A DNA stretch of 64,000 nt, from assembly GCF_006345805.1 (NCBI RefSeq), contig NC_043014.1:31372001-31436000 (forward strand), read 5' to 3'. Position 1 is the first letter of the stretch. Each line of letters begins with the position of its first letter. The notes under the pieces are model-generated. The model was given only the letters and a program-made list of their open reading frames with translations, searched no databases and had not been told where the DNA came from. This document shows positions 11,683 through 22,900 of the stretch, piece after piece. Made by a program: the position numbers and the translations under genes. The DNA comes from Octopus sinensis. Its lineage: Eukaryota.

Positions 11683-13490
11683 ATATATAAAACATGATCA
11701 TCATATTAAAGTCCATTTTTCCATTCCTGTTGCCAACTGTCACCTGTTTGCAAGCCAGTAATATCTTCCTCATGGCGAGGCATATTTTCACTGGAAATAA
11801 AAGACACCATTTGCATGATGACGCCTATTTAGAACTATCATGCAATGTCAAGATGATGATGCACACACACACATACACATAATGAGATTCATTCAGTTTC
11901 TATCTACCAAATCCACTTGTAAGGTCTTGGGTTAGCCTAAGGCCATAGTAGAAGATATGCCCAGGGTAACATGCAATGTGATTGAACTCAAAATCAGGTA
12001 GGCTGGAAGCAAATTTCTTAACCACACAGCCATGCCAGAGTCTATATCTATGTATGAATGTGTGTGTCCACGCATGTGTGTAGATGGATAAAGTTTTTAT
12101 TAGTGCTATTATTTTCATGCTTGGATGAATTAACCATTATGATAAGAACAATACCCTCTGTCACTATACAAACAGTGCAGATCTGTAGTTAAGATTAATA
12201 TGTGTATCAGAGCATGTAAATCAACAGAGCAGTGGAACTTTGCCATGTTCCAAGGACAAAAGCAATCAGACCAGGGTATACTTCAACTGATACCCATCTT
12301 GCATTTATTTAAACAAATACATCTTGGAGTTTAACAGTGTAAACCAACCACCCTGAATCCAATTTGGATCAAGTTAAACATGCTTCCCACCTCCCAACAC
12401 CTTTTTTTTTAATAACAAAATCTGGAACTAATCACACACGCACACAGCTCATACATGCCCTGGTTCCACTCTGAAAGTGGAGTGGGCAGCAGTAAGGGCA
12501 TATTTTTATCTGTAGCACACAGAGGTACAAAGATCACAAACGCATGCACAGACACACACACACACCAATTATACAGTGTGCTTGTGGGTTAATGAAATGA
12601 ACTATGTAGCAACACAGTTCAATAGTGCACAACTAATGTATTTATGTCTAGAGGCGTACAGAAGGTTATTAAAATGCCAATGATTCATATACGAATACTT
12701 GTTGTTTAGCTCTGGGTCAACACAATTTTACATTCTGTGAACTTTTTCATCATCTCAGCTATGAGAGCAAGGACACACACACATTTATATTACACACACA
12801 CACACATATTTGTGTATATGTAGTGTGCAATAGCATGTGTACTCTGACAGAATAATCCAAATATTGTCAACAAAGCAGGAATTTTGTTAAAAAGGTAACA
12901 TAATGCTTGGATAGAAGAAAGATTTACCATGATGGTTGTTATGAAGATTAACATTAAATGATAACACTGCAACAAGTTTTACTAAAATTTTTGTTATCAT
13001 ATTTTTTTTCACATCTATTTATTACTAAAATTCAGTGTCTGTTCCAAAGAATGATATTACTTTTTGTATCATCAACCATTTTTAGATTTATAACCCTAAT
13101 TCTGACTTCCATTTTTCTGGAGAGTGACTTGCTCTCTGGTGAACAGCTCTTTAACCAAGAAATCTAAAATCGTCTTTACATATCTAAAAACCGTATTTTT
13201 CTATTTCATAGCATTTTCTGGAGTTATTCACAATGCTGTGGAATATAGCAATTAGAGAATACAAAAAGGCCACCAGATATACTGTTATACTTTTAGATAC
13301 AATGTTGGAACCAAATAAATATAAAAATGTGAAAGGTACTAAATTCTAGATAACATACAAACTATATTAAAATGTAGTCTATTTGGTGACCAAGACAAAT
13401 TTTAAATCCCACCTCATGTAATATGTAGAAGTTGTTAATCTACTTTAGATCGAAAAATTATTTGCATGGTGCATGAGATCTGAAATGATG

Positions 13491-13824
13491 ATTTATGCAG
13501 TTATTCTTAATATGTTCAGGAAGATTCAAATATGCTGGTTGCTGTTGCATATGTCACAGGAGAACAACTTCTCTATTTTATGATGACAGTCTGTTTGCAA
13601 CACACATGGCTCACAAGCAAGCTCAAAGGTCAAGCTGCTTCTGGCTGATGAGGTACAACATGTTGAAACACTTGTGTCCCTGAATCCCTTGCACCAATGA
13701 GCCGGGTATGTTGTGAACACACAACCATCATAAAAGCGAGAAGTTCTTCTGTAACATACACAACAGCAACCAACATATTTGCATTTGAGTCTGCTGGAAT
13801 GTATTGAGAATAAACATGCAAATT
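13491..13824. mobile_element. Palindromic (inverted-repeat) element, arms about 120 bp, with HHR in the spacer
   Basis: 13527-13612 (caaatatgctggttgctgttg...ggctca) is the reverse complement of 13698-13781 (tgagcc...caacagcaaccaacatatttg) at roughly 75-80% identity by hand alignment. Looser pairing extends to about 13491 and 13824. Confidence 0.8.
13639..13684 (+). ncRNA. Type I hammerhead ribozyme motif (Penelope/retrozyme-like minimal HHR)
   Basis: Core CTGATGA at 13645-13651 and GAAA at 13665-13668. Stem III is AC-AC/GT-GT around a TT centre, ending in the GTC cleavage triplet at 13676-13678. Stem I is ttc-t-gg/cc-t-gaa (5 of 6 pairs). Stem II ggta/tgtt is weak (three G-U pairs). Confidence 0.65.
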
Positions 13825-14364
13825 ACTGTTTATTTTAGGTTAAGAATTACAAGAAAAGCTAAGCTCTCTGCTATTTTCAGAATATGGAGAGAGCTGAAGA
13901 ACCCCCTCAGTGACTGTTATTTCTATTTCTTTGATATTATAAAGCCCAGAGAAGTTAATGGAAGGTAGGCTCTTCAGTGACAAGGTTTAAAAGAGTGTAT
14001 TTTAACAGGGGAAAATTACAGGACAACTGTAGACCAGAAAAAGTATGCATAATTAACAATTTATTTTCATGTTAGTGGAGATCTATGTTGTAAAGATGTG
14101 AACGGTTTATTTTCTACAGTTGGTCAAATGAAGACCAAATGAAATAATACCAATACTGCTGGGATAGTGCCATGATGCAGGACTATACACAAAGAAAAAT
14201 ATATAGACATATATATACATGGCATATATATATGTTGATCATTCATTTTTATACTTTTTGAGATCTAGTTATATGTTTTATAAAAATATATATTATTTGT
14301 TATTTATGTTTTGGGTTATGTCTATCACTGTTTGAGTTTCATAATAGTGGTTTTATCTCTAATT

Positions 14365-14405
<41 letters not shown>

Positions 14406-15039
14406 CCAATGAAGGGGAACGTGGAACTGAGTAAAATTTTAGTGATATTTTTGCTGCTTTTTAATAAAGTATACACACACACACACTCACACATATGGTC
14501 CATCATTCAAAAAGATGAAAGTATTCATAAAAGGGAAGTGCAATCTTCAAAGCACATTTAAAAGTTTTAAACTGTTTTATATTTTCTGAGTGCGACATAG
14601 AAAATGCTGAGCAAATTAAGCATGAAATTTATTCATTTTTTTTTCTTCAACATAGGAATAAAAACGAAGCCAACACCTAGTTCTCTAAATGAAGGATGCA
14701 TTATAAAAATAATACAAAATTAAAATTATTTCCAAATATTATTGATGGCAGGGGAAAAAAAAAAATTTTTTTGAGTTCAGCATAATAAAATACATATAAA
14801 TAATAAAAATTCAGATAACAAAATTTGATACCATATATTGTTAATAATAATTAGAGAAGTGGACATTTTCATAGTAAGAATTCCCTGTGTTACTGTTGTT
14901 TAGCCTATGTCAGCCCAGATGCACAGATCCAGTAGATCTATGATCGAAAATATATCTGTAACTAATCCATCATTTAGAGGGTTTGATTTGAGGAAGGTTT
15001 GGTTGTGTGAAGGTCAAATAATCATCTATTTTCTGCTAT

Positions 15040-16010
15040 TTGTTTTAGTCCCTGAATGGTGACCTTTGAGGGGCACCACCTTGAAGGGTCTAGTTAAATG
15101 AATTGATCTGAGTACTTACTTTTCCAACTATGGCATTTATTCTATTGATCTCTTTTGCCAAACTGCTAAGTTAAAGTGATATAAACCCACTAACACATAT
15201 TGTTAAGTAATGGTGGGGAACGAACACATATATACACAAAGGGCTTCTTTGAGGGTCTGTCTACTAAATTCACTCACAATGCTTTGGTTGGCCTGGAGCT
15301 ATAGCAGAAGACACAAACTCAAGGTGACTCACAGTGGGACTGAACCCCAAACCACACAGTTGGGAAGCAAGCTTCTTAACCACAAAGCCACACATGTGCC
15401 TAACCATGTAGAGGTTTCGTCAATCTCTACATAAATAATTAAACTGATATAAGACTTAATTAGGCCTTGCTGGTATACTAAGCAAAGAGGACATATAGAT
15501 GAAACCAGGCTATGGACCCCAGTTCAATTAACATAAAATAATAAAACAGAAAATACTTCAAGATATGATGAAGTAGAGCATAAGGTACAGATCAATATTC
15601 TCAACATTGAAACTGACATTTGTTAAATATCTGCATATCTTTTATTGTCTCAGTCATAGGGCTGTGGCCATGCTAGGGCACCAGCTCAAAGGATCTAATC
15701 AAACATCAACCTCAATACTGTTTTTTTTTTTGGAAGTCTGGTACTTATTCAATTGGTCTCTTTGTCCAAACAGCTGTTATGGTGATGTAAACAAAACATG
15801 GTTGTCAAGTGTTGGTAGTGTGTGTGGGAGAAACACAAATACAAAGACACACACACACTAGACTTTCACAGTTTCCATGCAATTCATTTATAAGGCATTC
15901 ATTGGCCCAGGGCTATTGTAGAAGATACTTGCCAAAGGTGCCACACAGTGGGACTGAACCTAAAACCATGTGGTTGTGAAGTGAGCTTTTTAACCCACAC
16001 AACCATGCAT
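15040..16010 (-). mobile_element. Two tandem SINE family A copies (about 15040-15400 and 15640-16010)
   Basis: Each ends with agtgggactgaacc...cttcttaacc/ttttaacccac and carries the family A body. Confidence 0.8.
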
Positions 16011-16467
16011 GTAAAGAAGTTTACACAGATAGGTGTAATATGTGTACATTCTATAATGCAATGTAGCAATTTGCTAAGTTCTGATCAACTTTTGAAGGAC
16101 CACTTGAACATGGATTTGATACATTCATCAAGCTCAAACTCCTTATTGGTGATGGAGTTCATGAGGTTTTGCAGTTTGTAAAAAGTTTTCAAACCTTGTC
16201 TTTGAAAAGATGCTGCTATCAGAGAGCAAGTGATAGGTTTTGGTTTTCTCAACTTTGTAACAACTTCCTATATTTTTAAGTATTAATTTCTATTGGGTTA
16301 TGTACTTCAAACAGAAGATAGTGTACAAAACACATATTCAGATTGATCTTAGCCTTGTTCTAATTAAAACATTTCCTTTGTTTTAATTAGTTTTGAAAAT
16401 AATGTCATTGGTGCTTTGGGATATAAGTTAAGAAGAAATCTTGATAGGTTTTGATTTAGATCACTTC

Positions 16468-16699
16468 AACATTTTAGCATTCAGACATTCTTTCAAATGT
16501 AATGCTTAGCAATTCATATTGTTTTGAGTTAATCATATACTATACTATCTTGTAGCTTTTGAGATTTTGAAGATGAGGTTGTTTATTTTTAGAATGGCAC
16601 TGTAGGGTAGGTGTGAGAAGCTGCATCTGACCAGTTCCAACATAAATCAAGGTAGAATATTTGGGTTGGATACGGCCAGTTCAAATGCTAGTGGGTTAA
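16468..16699 (+). mobile_element. piggyBac-type MITE family 2 copy
   Basis: tttagcattcaga...ggtagaatatttggg...aaatgctagtgggttaa. Confidence 0.75.
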
Positions 16700-16748
16700 A
16701 ACAAGAAGTTTGAAACATAGACAGTCTAAGACAGGTGGGTGGGTGAGG

Positions 16749-16750
<2 letters not shown>

Positions 16751-16810
<60 letters not shown>
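16751..16810. repeat. (GA)n microsatellite
   Basis: Perfect GA array. Confidence 0.95.
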
Positions 16811-16812
<2 letters not shown>

Positions 16813-17062
16813 TCTAAAATGAAACACAAGATAGAAGCAATGAACACACTAGCAGTTACTGCAAATAAGTTTCTTCACAGTTAGGGACTGGATTTTACAG
16901 GTGATTACTAACAGAAATAGTTATGAAAAGAAGAGGTAATTAAAAAGAATTCAAACTGCAACATATGATATGTAGTTGCAAAACATGACATAGGGGAAAG
17001 ATTACATTTACAGCACTATGGAGTATGGAACTACTGACCAGAAATAGATAGTATAACTATAT

Positions 17063-17275
17063 GTTTGGCTATGTCCAGTCAAAATATTCTACCTGTTTTA
17101 TATTCAAACCTTCCAGATCTGGACCCTCACAACAACCCTATGATGTTATTCTAATAATAATCAAACACATTGTCAAAAATCTCAAAAGCTACAAGATAAT
17201 GCATGATTAATTTAAAACATTGCGAATAAATAAGTATTGTATTTGACTAAGTAATCTGAATTCTAACAGTTTAAA
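17063..17275 (-). mobile_element. piggyBac-type MITE family 2 copy (inverted)
   Basis: aaatattctacctgttt...ctcaaaagctacaagataatgcatgattaatt...aatctgaat is the reverse complement of the family 2 body. Confidence 0.7.
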
Positions 17276-17656
17276 GATCATACTGGCATTAAACATACAC
17301 ATACCTTTTAGGGAAAATTTTTTAAATGATTGAATAAACTTGGCTGTGATTAACGGGATTAAATCATGTTCAAGAGGTCTCACTTAAGATGATATACAAT
17401 GAAAGTCTGATTGTTACTGCCTAAGACACTAGACAGCACTGAATATATATATGTATGTAAATGGATGAATGAATTATCCTTTGTTTACAATTAACATGGA
17501 AAATTCAATAAACAGTCACCAAGGTAGCAAAATTCATGCAAGTAACAAGGATGTAGCAACCTATTCAAAGGTAGAAACTCCAGGTTAATGTGCAGTGATT
17601 TGTATAGCATAAGTTAATAAATGGAGTTGAACGCAAAAGTTATTCAAATTCTTTTA

Positions 17657-17743
17657 CCTTTGACATGTGTTTCGAAGACAAGATTGGTTTTATACCAAAG
17701 AAATAAACGGTGTAAAATAATGCAATCTTCTCATCAGGAAAGA
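17657..17743 (-). ncRNA. Type I hammerhead ribozyme motif with long stem/loop II
   Basis: Minus strand reads ctttc-CTGATGA-GAAGA...TCTTC-GAAA-C-acat-GTC-aaagg. Stem II is 5 bp, with an alternative aagattg/caatctt pairing. The triplet is GUC. Stem I pairs cttt/aaag if one C is bulged. A TA-rich tract lies about 50 nt upstream. Confidence 0.6.
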
Positions 17744-17807
17744 AAGAGAACCCATCTCAACAACAAGACATTATAACAATTTTGATGACTGCATATATGT
17801 ATATATA

Positions 17808-18180
17808 TATTGTTGTATTTTTTGGGAGGGCAATTTTTTTTTTTTGCCAAATAAACGCATGCACTATACATTTGTTCTTCACTAATTCATTACTGTTCCT
17901 ATTTTATTTTATGCCCATTGTCTGGAAAACTTTCATTACACATCTATGACCTCTTCAGCAACCCTTTCTGTCCTTTCTGCTTAGTCCATTCTTAGAGCTA
18001 GAGGATACAAGTCGACAGAAAGAGTCACTGAAGAAGTCATAAATGTGTGACGAAAGATTTCCAGACAATGGGCATCAGTTAAAATAAGGAGAGTAATAAA
18101 TGAGTGAAGAATGAATACATAGTGTGTGCGTTTATTTGGCATTAAAAAAAAAATGACTATCCTGAACTATAACAATATGT
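17808..18180. mobile_element. Palindromic MITE (probably Tc1/mariner-type, TA-flanked)
   Basis: gccaaataaacgc...atgcccattgtctggaaa...ctttctgtc (about 17845-17972) is mirrored by gacagaaag...tttccagacaatgggcat...gcgtttatttggc (about 18014-18140). The outer ends are also complementary, and the spacer is about 40 nt. Confidence 0.8.
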
Positions 18181-18813
18181 TTCAACACGCGGTTTCACAT
18201 CAAGAATCTTGCAATACAAATTCAAACATACACACATGCATACATATGTATGTTTGTACACACACACACACACCTTTCAACAAATTTTCTTGGAGGCAGT
18301 ACTTCACTCTCCATCTTCAATTTCCTTTTCAAATGACTCTCACCACCACCAAGACAATAACAACAGGGGAAATAATGCTGTTTAAGAAATCAATGTATTA
18401 ACATAGGTCAAGTGGTTCTGTTTGGGAATTGAGACTAAATCACAGATTCATTATAACACAGAATGAAAGCAAAAGCATTTTCTTTTTTTTGAAACCCTGT
18501 ATCACTAATTTCTGAACTAAAAAAAAAAAATTACACAAGCAAAATAATAACAAATGGGTTTTGTAATTCTCAAATTAGGAGACAATAAATATATTTTGTC
18601 AACAGAAATTACAATATATAATTAGGTACAATGTTCATTATTTGTTCTGAAGTAGCACAATGGTGTAAATACGATAGCTGACCAAGTTAATCAGTTCTAT
18701 GCAGGTTAACATATCAGTTTCACAAGAATGAACAGAATATCGATATTAATTAATATAATAACAGGTGGTGGTGATAGCACTGGAGTATATATGAGGATAG
18801 CAGGGTTGAGGCA

Positions 18814-18844
<31 letters not shown>

Positions 18845-20954
18845 TATTGTGGCCTTGTGGCTATTTTAGAAACTATTGTACAGAATCAGTAGAAGGACAA
18901 AAAAACCAAAAGCAAAAATGAAAATACAGTATTCTCAGTTGCAATGTTTTATATCTAGAGTTCAAATCCTGCTAGACTCTTATCTTGCTTTTAAATGATA
19001 AGGGTATCATAATTAGTTAGAAGAATATATGAAACCACTAACTACACATATTTGTGCAAGTGCACATGCATACATATGCACATGTGCATGCTTGAACATA
19101 CAAACACTAGCAACTGCAAATGCAAGTGACATCTGAATGCTAAATGAAAAAAAAAAAAACCCAACAAAAGACTTTTTTGTGGTCATATTCCTAAGGATAT
19201 CAGCAAATGTGTAATTTAATTAACTCTTATATAATCAAGAATGTGGAGAGACTAAGGAAAATAATTAAGATTTTAATTTCATTCAGATGGTGTTTGGAAC
19301 AGAAAAGCTTCTGAATTAAAATTATGAAGGAATGCTAAAATATTCACCAAGAAATTTCATAACTTTTATGTTTCATCTACACTGTTTTATTCCCTAGCTG
19401 TAGGTTGGTGATGCCACTTGGAGGCAGTATTATGGGACAGAAAGGTGCCTCGCATTAGAAGAGAGACATGGCTTTCTCAGATGGAGAAGAGAGAGAGGAG
19501 AGAAAGATGATGAAGATGTGACAGAGGGGGGGGTAGTCCCCCCTCCTCCCCCACCCAATTTACAGGGTGGTGTAAATAGTGGAGTGGTCCAGTGATATAG
19601 GTGGGTGAGCTGACAAGATTTCAGAGAAACACATAAATGTGTGTGTGTGTGTATGTGTGTGTGTGTGTGCATGTATTAAGTACACAACAACTTAATAGTG
19701 TCTGTCAGTTAAATGTGATGATGTCTATCAGCATCAGTTAAACAAGAGAAAACAGATGCAAAGAGAGAAAACATAAATAGAAAATAGAAGAACAATACAA
19801 AACTTATTTTAGACTCATTTCTAAGTTATCTTATACAAATGATCTTTCACCAGAGTTTATTGTGACTATTAATGAGAATGTTGATGATGATGATGATGAT
19901 GATAGTTAATATTTATAAGGGTCAAATTGAAGAGGCAGAAATAATTAAAAAACAACAACAGCTCCCTCATTGACTCCAATAAAACAACAAGAAAATTAAA
20001 AAAAAAACCTAACAAAATCCAATAAAGGAACCCCCCAAACCAGACCCACCCGCATCCTCCACCCCACTCACCATCTGTTGTTTTGATAGCAATATATTAT
20101 TCATAGAACACACACACAACTCCCATCACTGAATTAAATTTTTTTTTTTATTGTTCCTTATTATAGAGCATTAAACTGCATGTAATAAAGTCTGAGAATT
20201 AGTTAGCAGTATATTGTCTTTTATTCCATCTTTGATTTTGCCTTTCCTCATTTTTTTTTCTCTGTAAATATCATCATCATTATTATTATAAGAATTTGAT
20301 ATTATTAATATTGCTGCTACTACTTCTACTACTACTATGATAATAATAATAATAATAATTGTTATTATTTACAGTGCAAAACTATTGATTTCTTTTTTGA
20401 TTGAGATCAATGTGAACAGATGGAGAGGAGAAAGTTTGTGGAGGAGGGGTGGAAAAATTTGCCAAACCACACACACACACATTTTATTGGTTTTTACTGC
20501 AATCCATCAATTCTTCTTTTACACACACACACACACACACACTCTCTCATATTTTATGAAGTTCCATGAATTTCTCTTCAGCAATCAAACACACACAAAC
20601 ATATATTATATACATACATTTATACATACTCAAGACAGACATGCATGTATACACACATACGCACTGACAGCCCACTCACAAATTTTATTAGACTCAACTA
20701 CTATCAATCAGAATGTCTTTTGCAATTCAAATAAACACAGAACTAACTGGAAAGGACAAAAAACACAAATCCATTGACTTATTTTTTTTAGAGGTGGATC
20801 GTTTTTTCAATAGCTTTGTGTGTGTTTGATAATAAAAACCAAGAAAGAAATTCCCAAGTGTAAAGAATTTTACACACATGTATATGAAAGAATGTACTCC
20901 ACCTCTCTCTCTCTCTCTCTTTCTGTATATCTATGTATGCATCTAATGTGTGTA

Positions 20955-21292
20955 AGGTTGGTGGTTAGAGCATTGGGGCTCATAATCATGAGGTAGTAAG
21001 TTCAATTCCTGGAGTGGGCTGTGTGTTGTGTTCTTCAGCAAGACACTTTATTTCATGTTGTTCCAGTTCACTCAGCTGTAGAAATGAGTTGTGGAATCAA
21101 TGGTGCCAAGCTGTATCAGCCTTTTCCTTTTCCTTGGAGAACACCAGTGGAGTAAATAGGGGAGGATGGTATGCATGGGTGACTGCTGGTCTTCCACAAA
21201 CAACCTTGCCTGGACATGTGCCTAGGAGGGTAACTTTCTAGGTGCAATCCCAAGGTCATTCATGACCAAAGGGGAATCTTTATCCTTACCCT
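20955..21292 (+). mobile_element. SINE family C variant (alternative 3' half)
   Basis: ggtggttagagc...gaggtagtaagttcaattcc...ttgttccagttcactcagctgtagaaatgag...caaacaaccttgcc...ggtcattcatgaccaaagggg. Matches 47323-47650. Confidence 0.85.
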
Positions 21293-21317
21293 AATGTGTG
21301 TGTGTGTGTGTATATAT

Positions 21318-21655
21318 AGGTGCAAGCGTTCTGGGTTCAGCCCCACTGCATGGCACCTTGGGCAAGTGTCTTGTATTATAGTTTAAGGCTGACAAAAGCC
21401 TTGTGAGTTGTTTTGGTAGATGGAAACTGAAAGAAGCCCATCATATATGTGTGTGTGTGTCCCTATGTATGTGTTTTTGTCCCCCATCACCACCTGACAA
21501 CTGGAAGTGATTTGTTTACATTCCCTGTAACTTAGCGGTTGAGCAAAATACACCAATAGAATAAATACGAGGTTTTAAAAACTGTGGTCAATTTGTTAAA
21601 CTAAACCTTTCAAGATGGTGCCCCAGTATGGCTGCAGTCCAATGACTGTAACAAA
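21318..21655 (+). mobile_element. SINE family A copy (head partly deleted)
   Basis: gggttcagccccactgcatggcaccttgggcaagtgtc...gaaactgaaagaagccc...ccccagtatggctgcagtccaatgactg. Confidence 0.85.
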
Positions 21656-21997
21656 ACATTATATATTTATATATATATATACGAAAAGTGATGTGACAGA
21701 AGAGATATTTATTCTATTATTTTACAGCTGATTCATAATCATGTTTGTGTGTGTGTATGTGCGCGCTATTCTTATTATTCCAGTTCAGTTGGCTGTGGTC
21801 ATGCGTGAATCCTCCTATCATTTTGGCAAACAATTTTTAAACACCACTTTGAGAACAGAAGTGCTTTTTTATATCTTGACTGCCACCTGTCTACTATTCA
21901 TTTTGCATACATACAAGATGAGAACATACAATGTTTTATATTTGCACATATATACATGCACAGCATTCTATATATTTCTCAATAACTTGTAGTAAAC

Positions 21998-22274
21998 AAA
22001 ATCCCTCTTCAGGGTTGGCAAAAGCGATGTGGTGGACAACGAAAAACCTGGCTGATGACAGTCAAGGTTGATCTGGAACCCAACCTAGGCCCCCATATCT
22101 ACGGCGTTCGGCGCTGGAATAAGGAGTGGTTGGAGATCACGCGGTCGTTAGCCTCAGATTACCAGGTCTGGTCGGTATTTGTGAGAGATGCAGCATTGAG
22201 GATGAATGAAGCTAGCTCAACCCACCCCGGGTGAATGCTGTCTCAAGACAAGACGAGACAAGAAAATCCTTCTT
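21998..22274 (+). mobile_element. 5'-truncated RTE-clade LINE 3' end with target-site duplication
   Basis: Open frame 22013-22234: GWQKRCGGQRKTWLMTVKVDLEPNLGPHIYGVRRWNKEWLEITRSLASDYQVWSVFVRDAALRMNEASSTHPG*, typical of an RTE ORF C-terminus. It is followed by a (caaga)n-like tail. The TSD is aaaatccctctt (21998-22009) and aaaatccttctt (22263-22274). Confidence 0.8.
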
Positions 22275-22559
22275 AACATCTAGCATAACAGAACTGATAT
22301 GACTTGGACAGCTTAGTGGATTTAACTGCTGAGAGTTACATGGTTTGACCACAGAGACACATTGCCATAATGGTGATTTGATATGAATAGCTGACTTTGC
22401 AGGTGTTTGTCTATAACCCTACTAAATGAGCCATCTACATGAACAGTGTTGCAATAGTAGTTGTCTCTTCTTTATACATCAGTCAATGCTTCTCATTCAC
22501 AACTGACCAATCTGAGTTAATCATAAACTTACAAACATTCAACAGTCTGCATCTCTCTG

Positions 22560-22900
22560 CAAATTTCATTCACAGATGTCTCCTTGTTGACCTTCTCAGA
22601 AGCATCGTAACAACATTATACATACATCTCATAATTTAGTCACATACCCACAACCGTTCGTCCCTTAATCACAATTTATCCTGACTAACCCTTACCTAGA
22701 TTACATCACAATATGAACTCACATGCCTCCTTGGCACTCACTCTTTCACCTTCATTGCCACACTTATAGCAGCTGAAACTCTTTATCTTTAAACTTCTTG
22801 CTCCACCGCTTTGTACTTTCTTCCTCTATCTTACCCCTCTCACCTGCACCCTCTACTTTCCACTTTAAGAAAAGAAGTAAGCCATTTAGGAGACCAGTTC
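22560..22900 (-). mobile_element. Possible decayed LTR-retrotransposon gag/protease remnant
   Basis: The minus strand gives KSFSCYKCGNEGERVSAKEAC (degenerate CCHC knuckle, His missing) after a Lys/Glu-rich stretch, followed by VIKGRTVVGM. Multiple stops are present. Confidence 0.35.

Noticed and set aside
14400-14475. Possible HHR relic after (TA)n (ccaatgaagggg...ggaact)
   Set aside because: The core boxes are too degenerate (no CUGANGA or GAAA) to support a call.
17658-17790. Apparent minus-strand exon (DGFSFFPDEKIALFYTVYFFGIKPILSSKHMSK with AAG|gtaaaa donor) and an in-frame TGA after CC suggesting selenocysteine
   Set aside because: The acceptor is poor, the peptide matches no selenoprotein motif I know, no SECIS was identified, and the segment is better explained as a hammerhead ribozyme motif.
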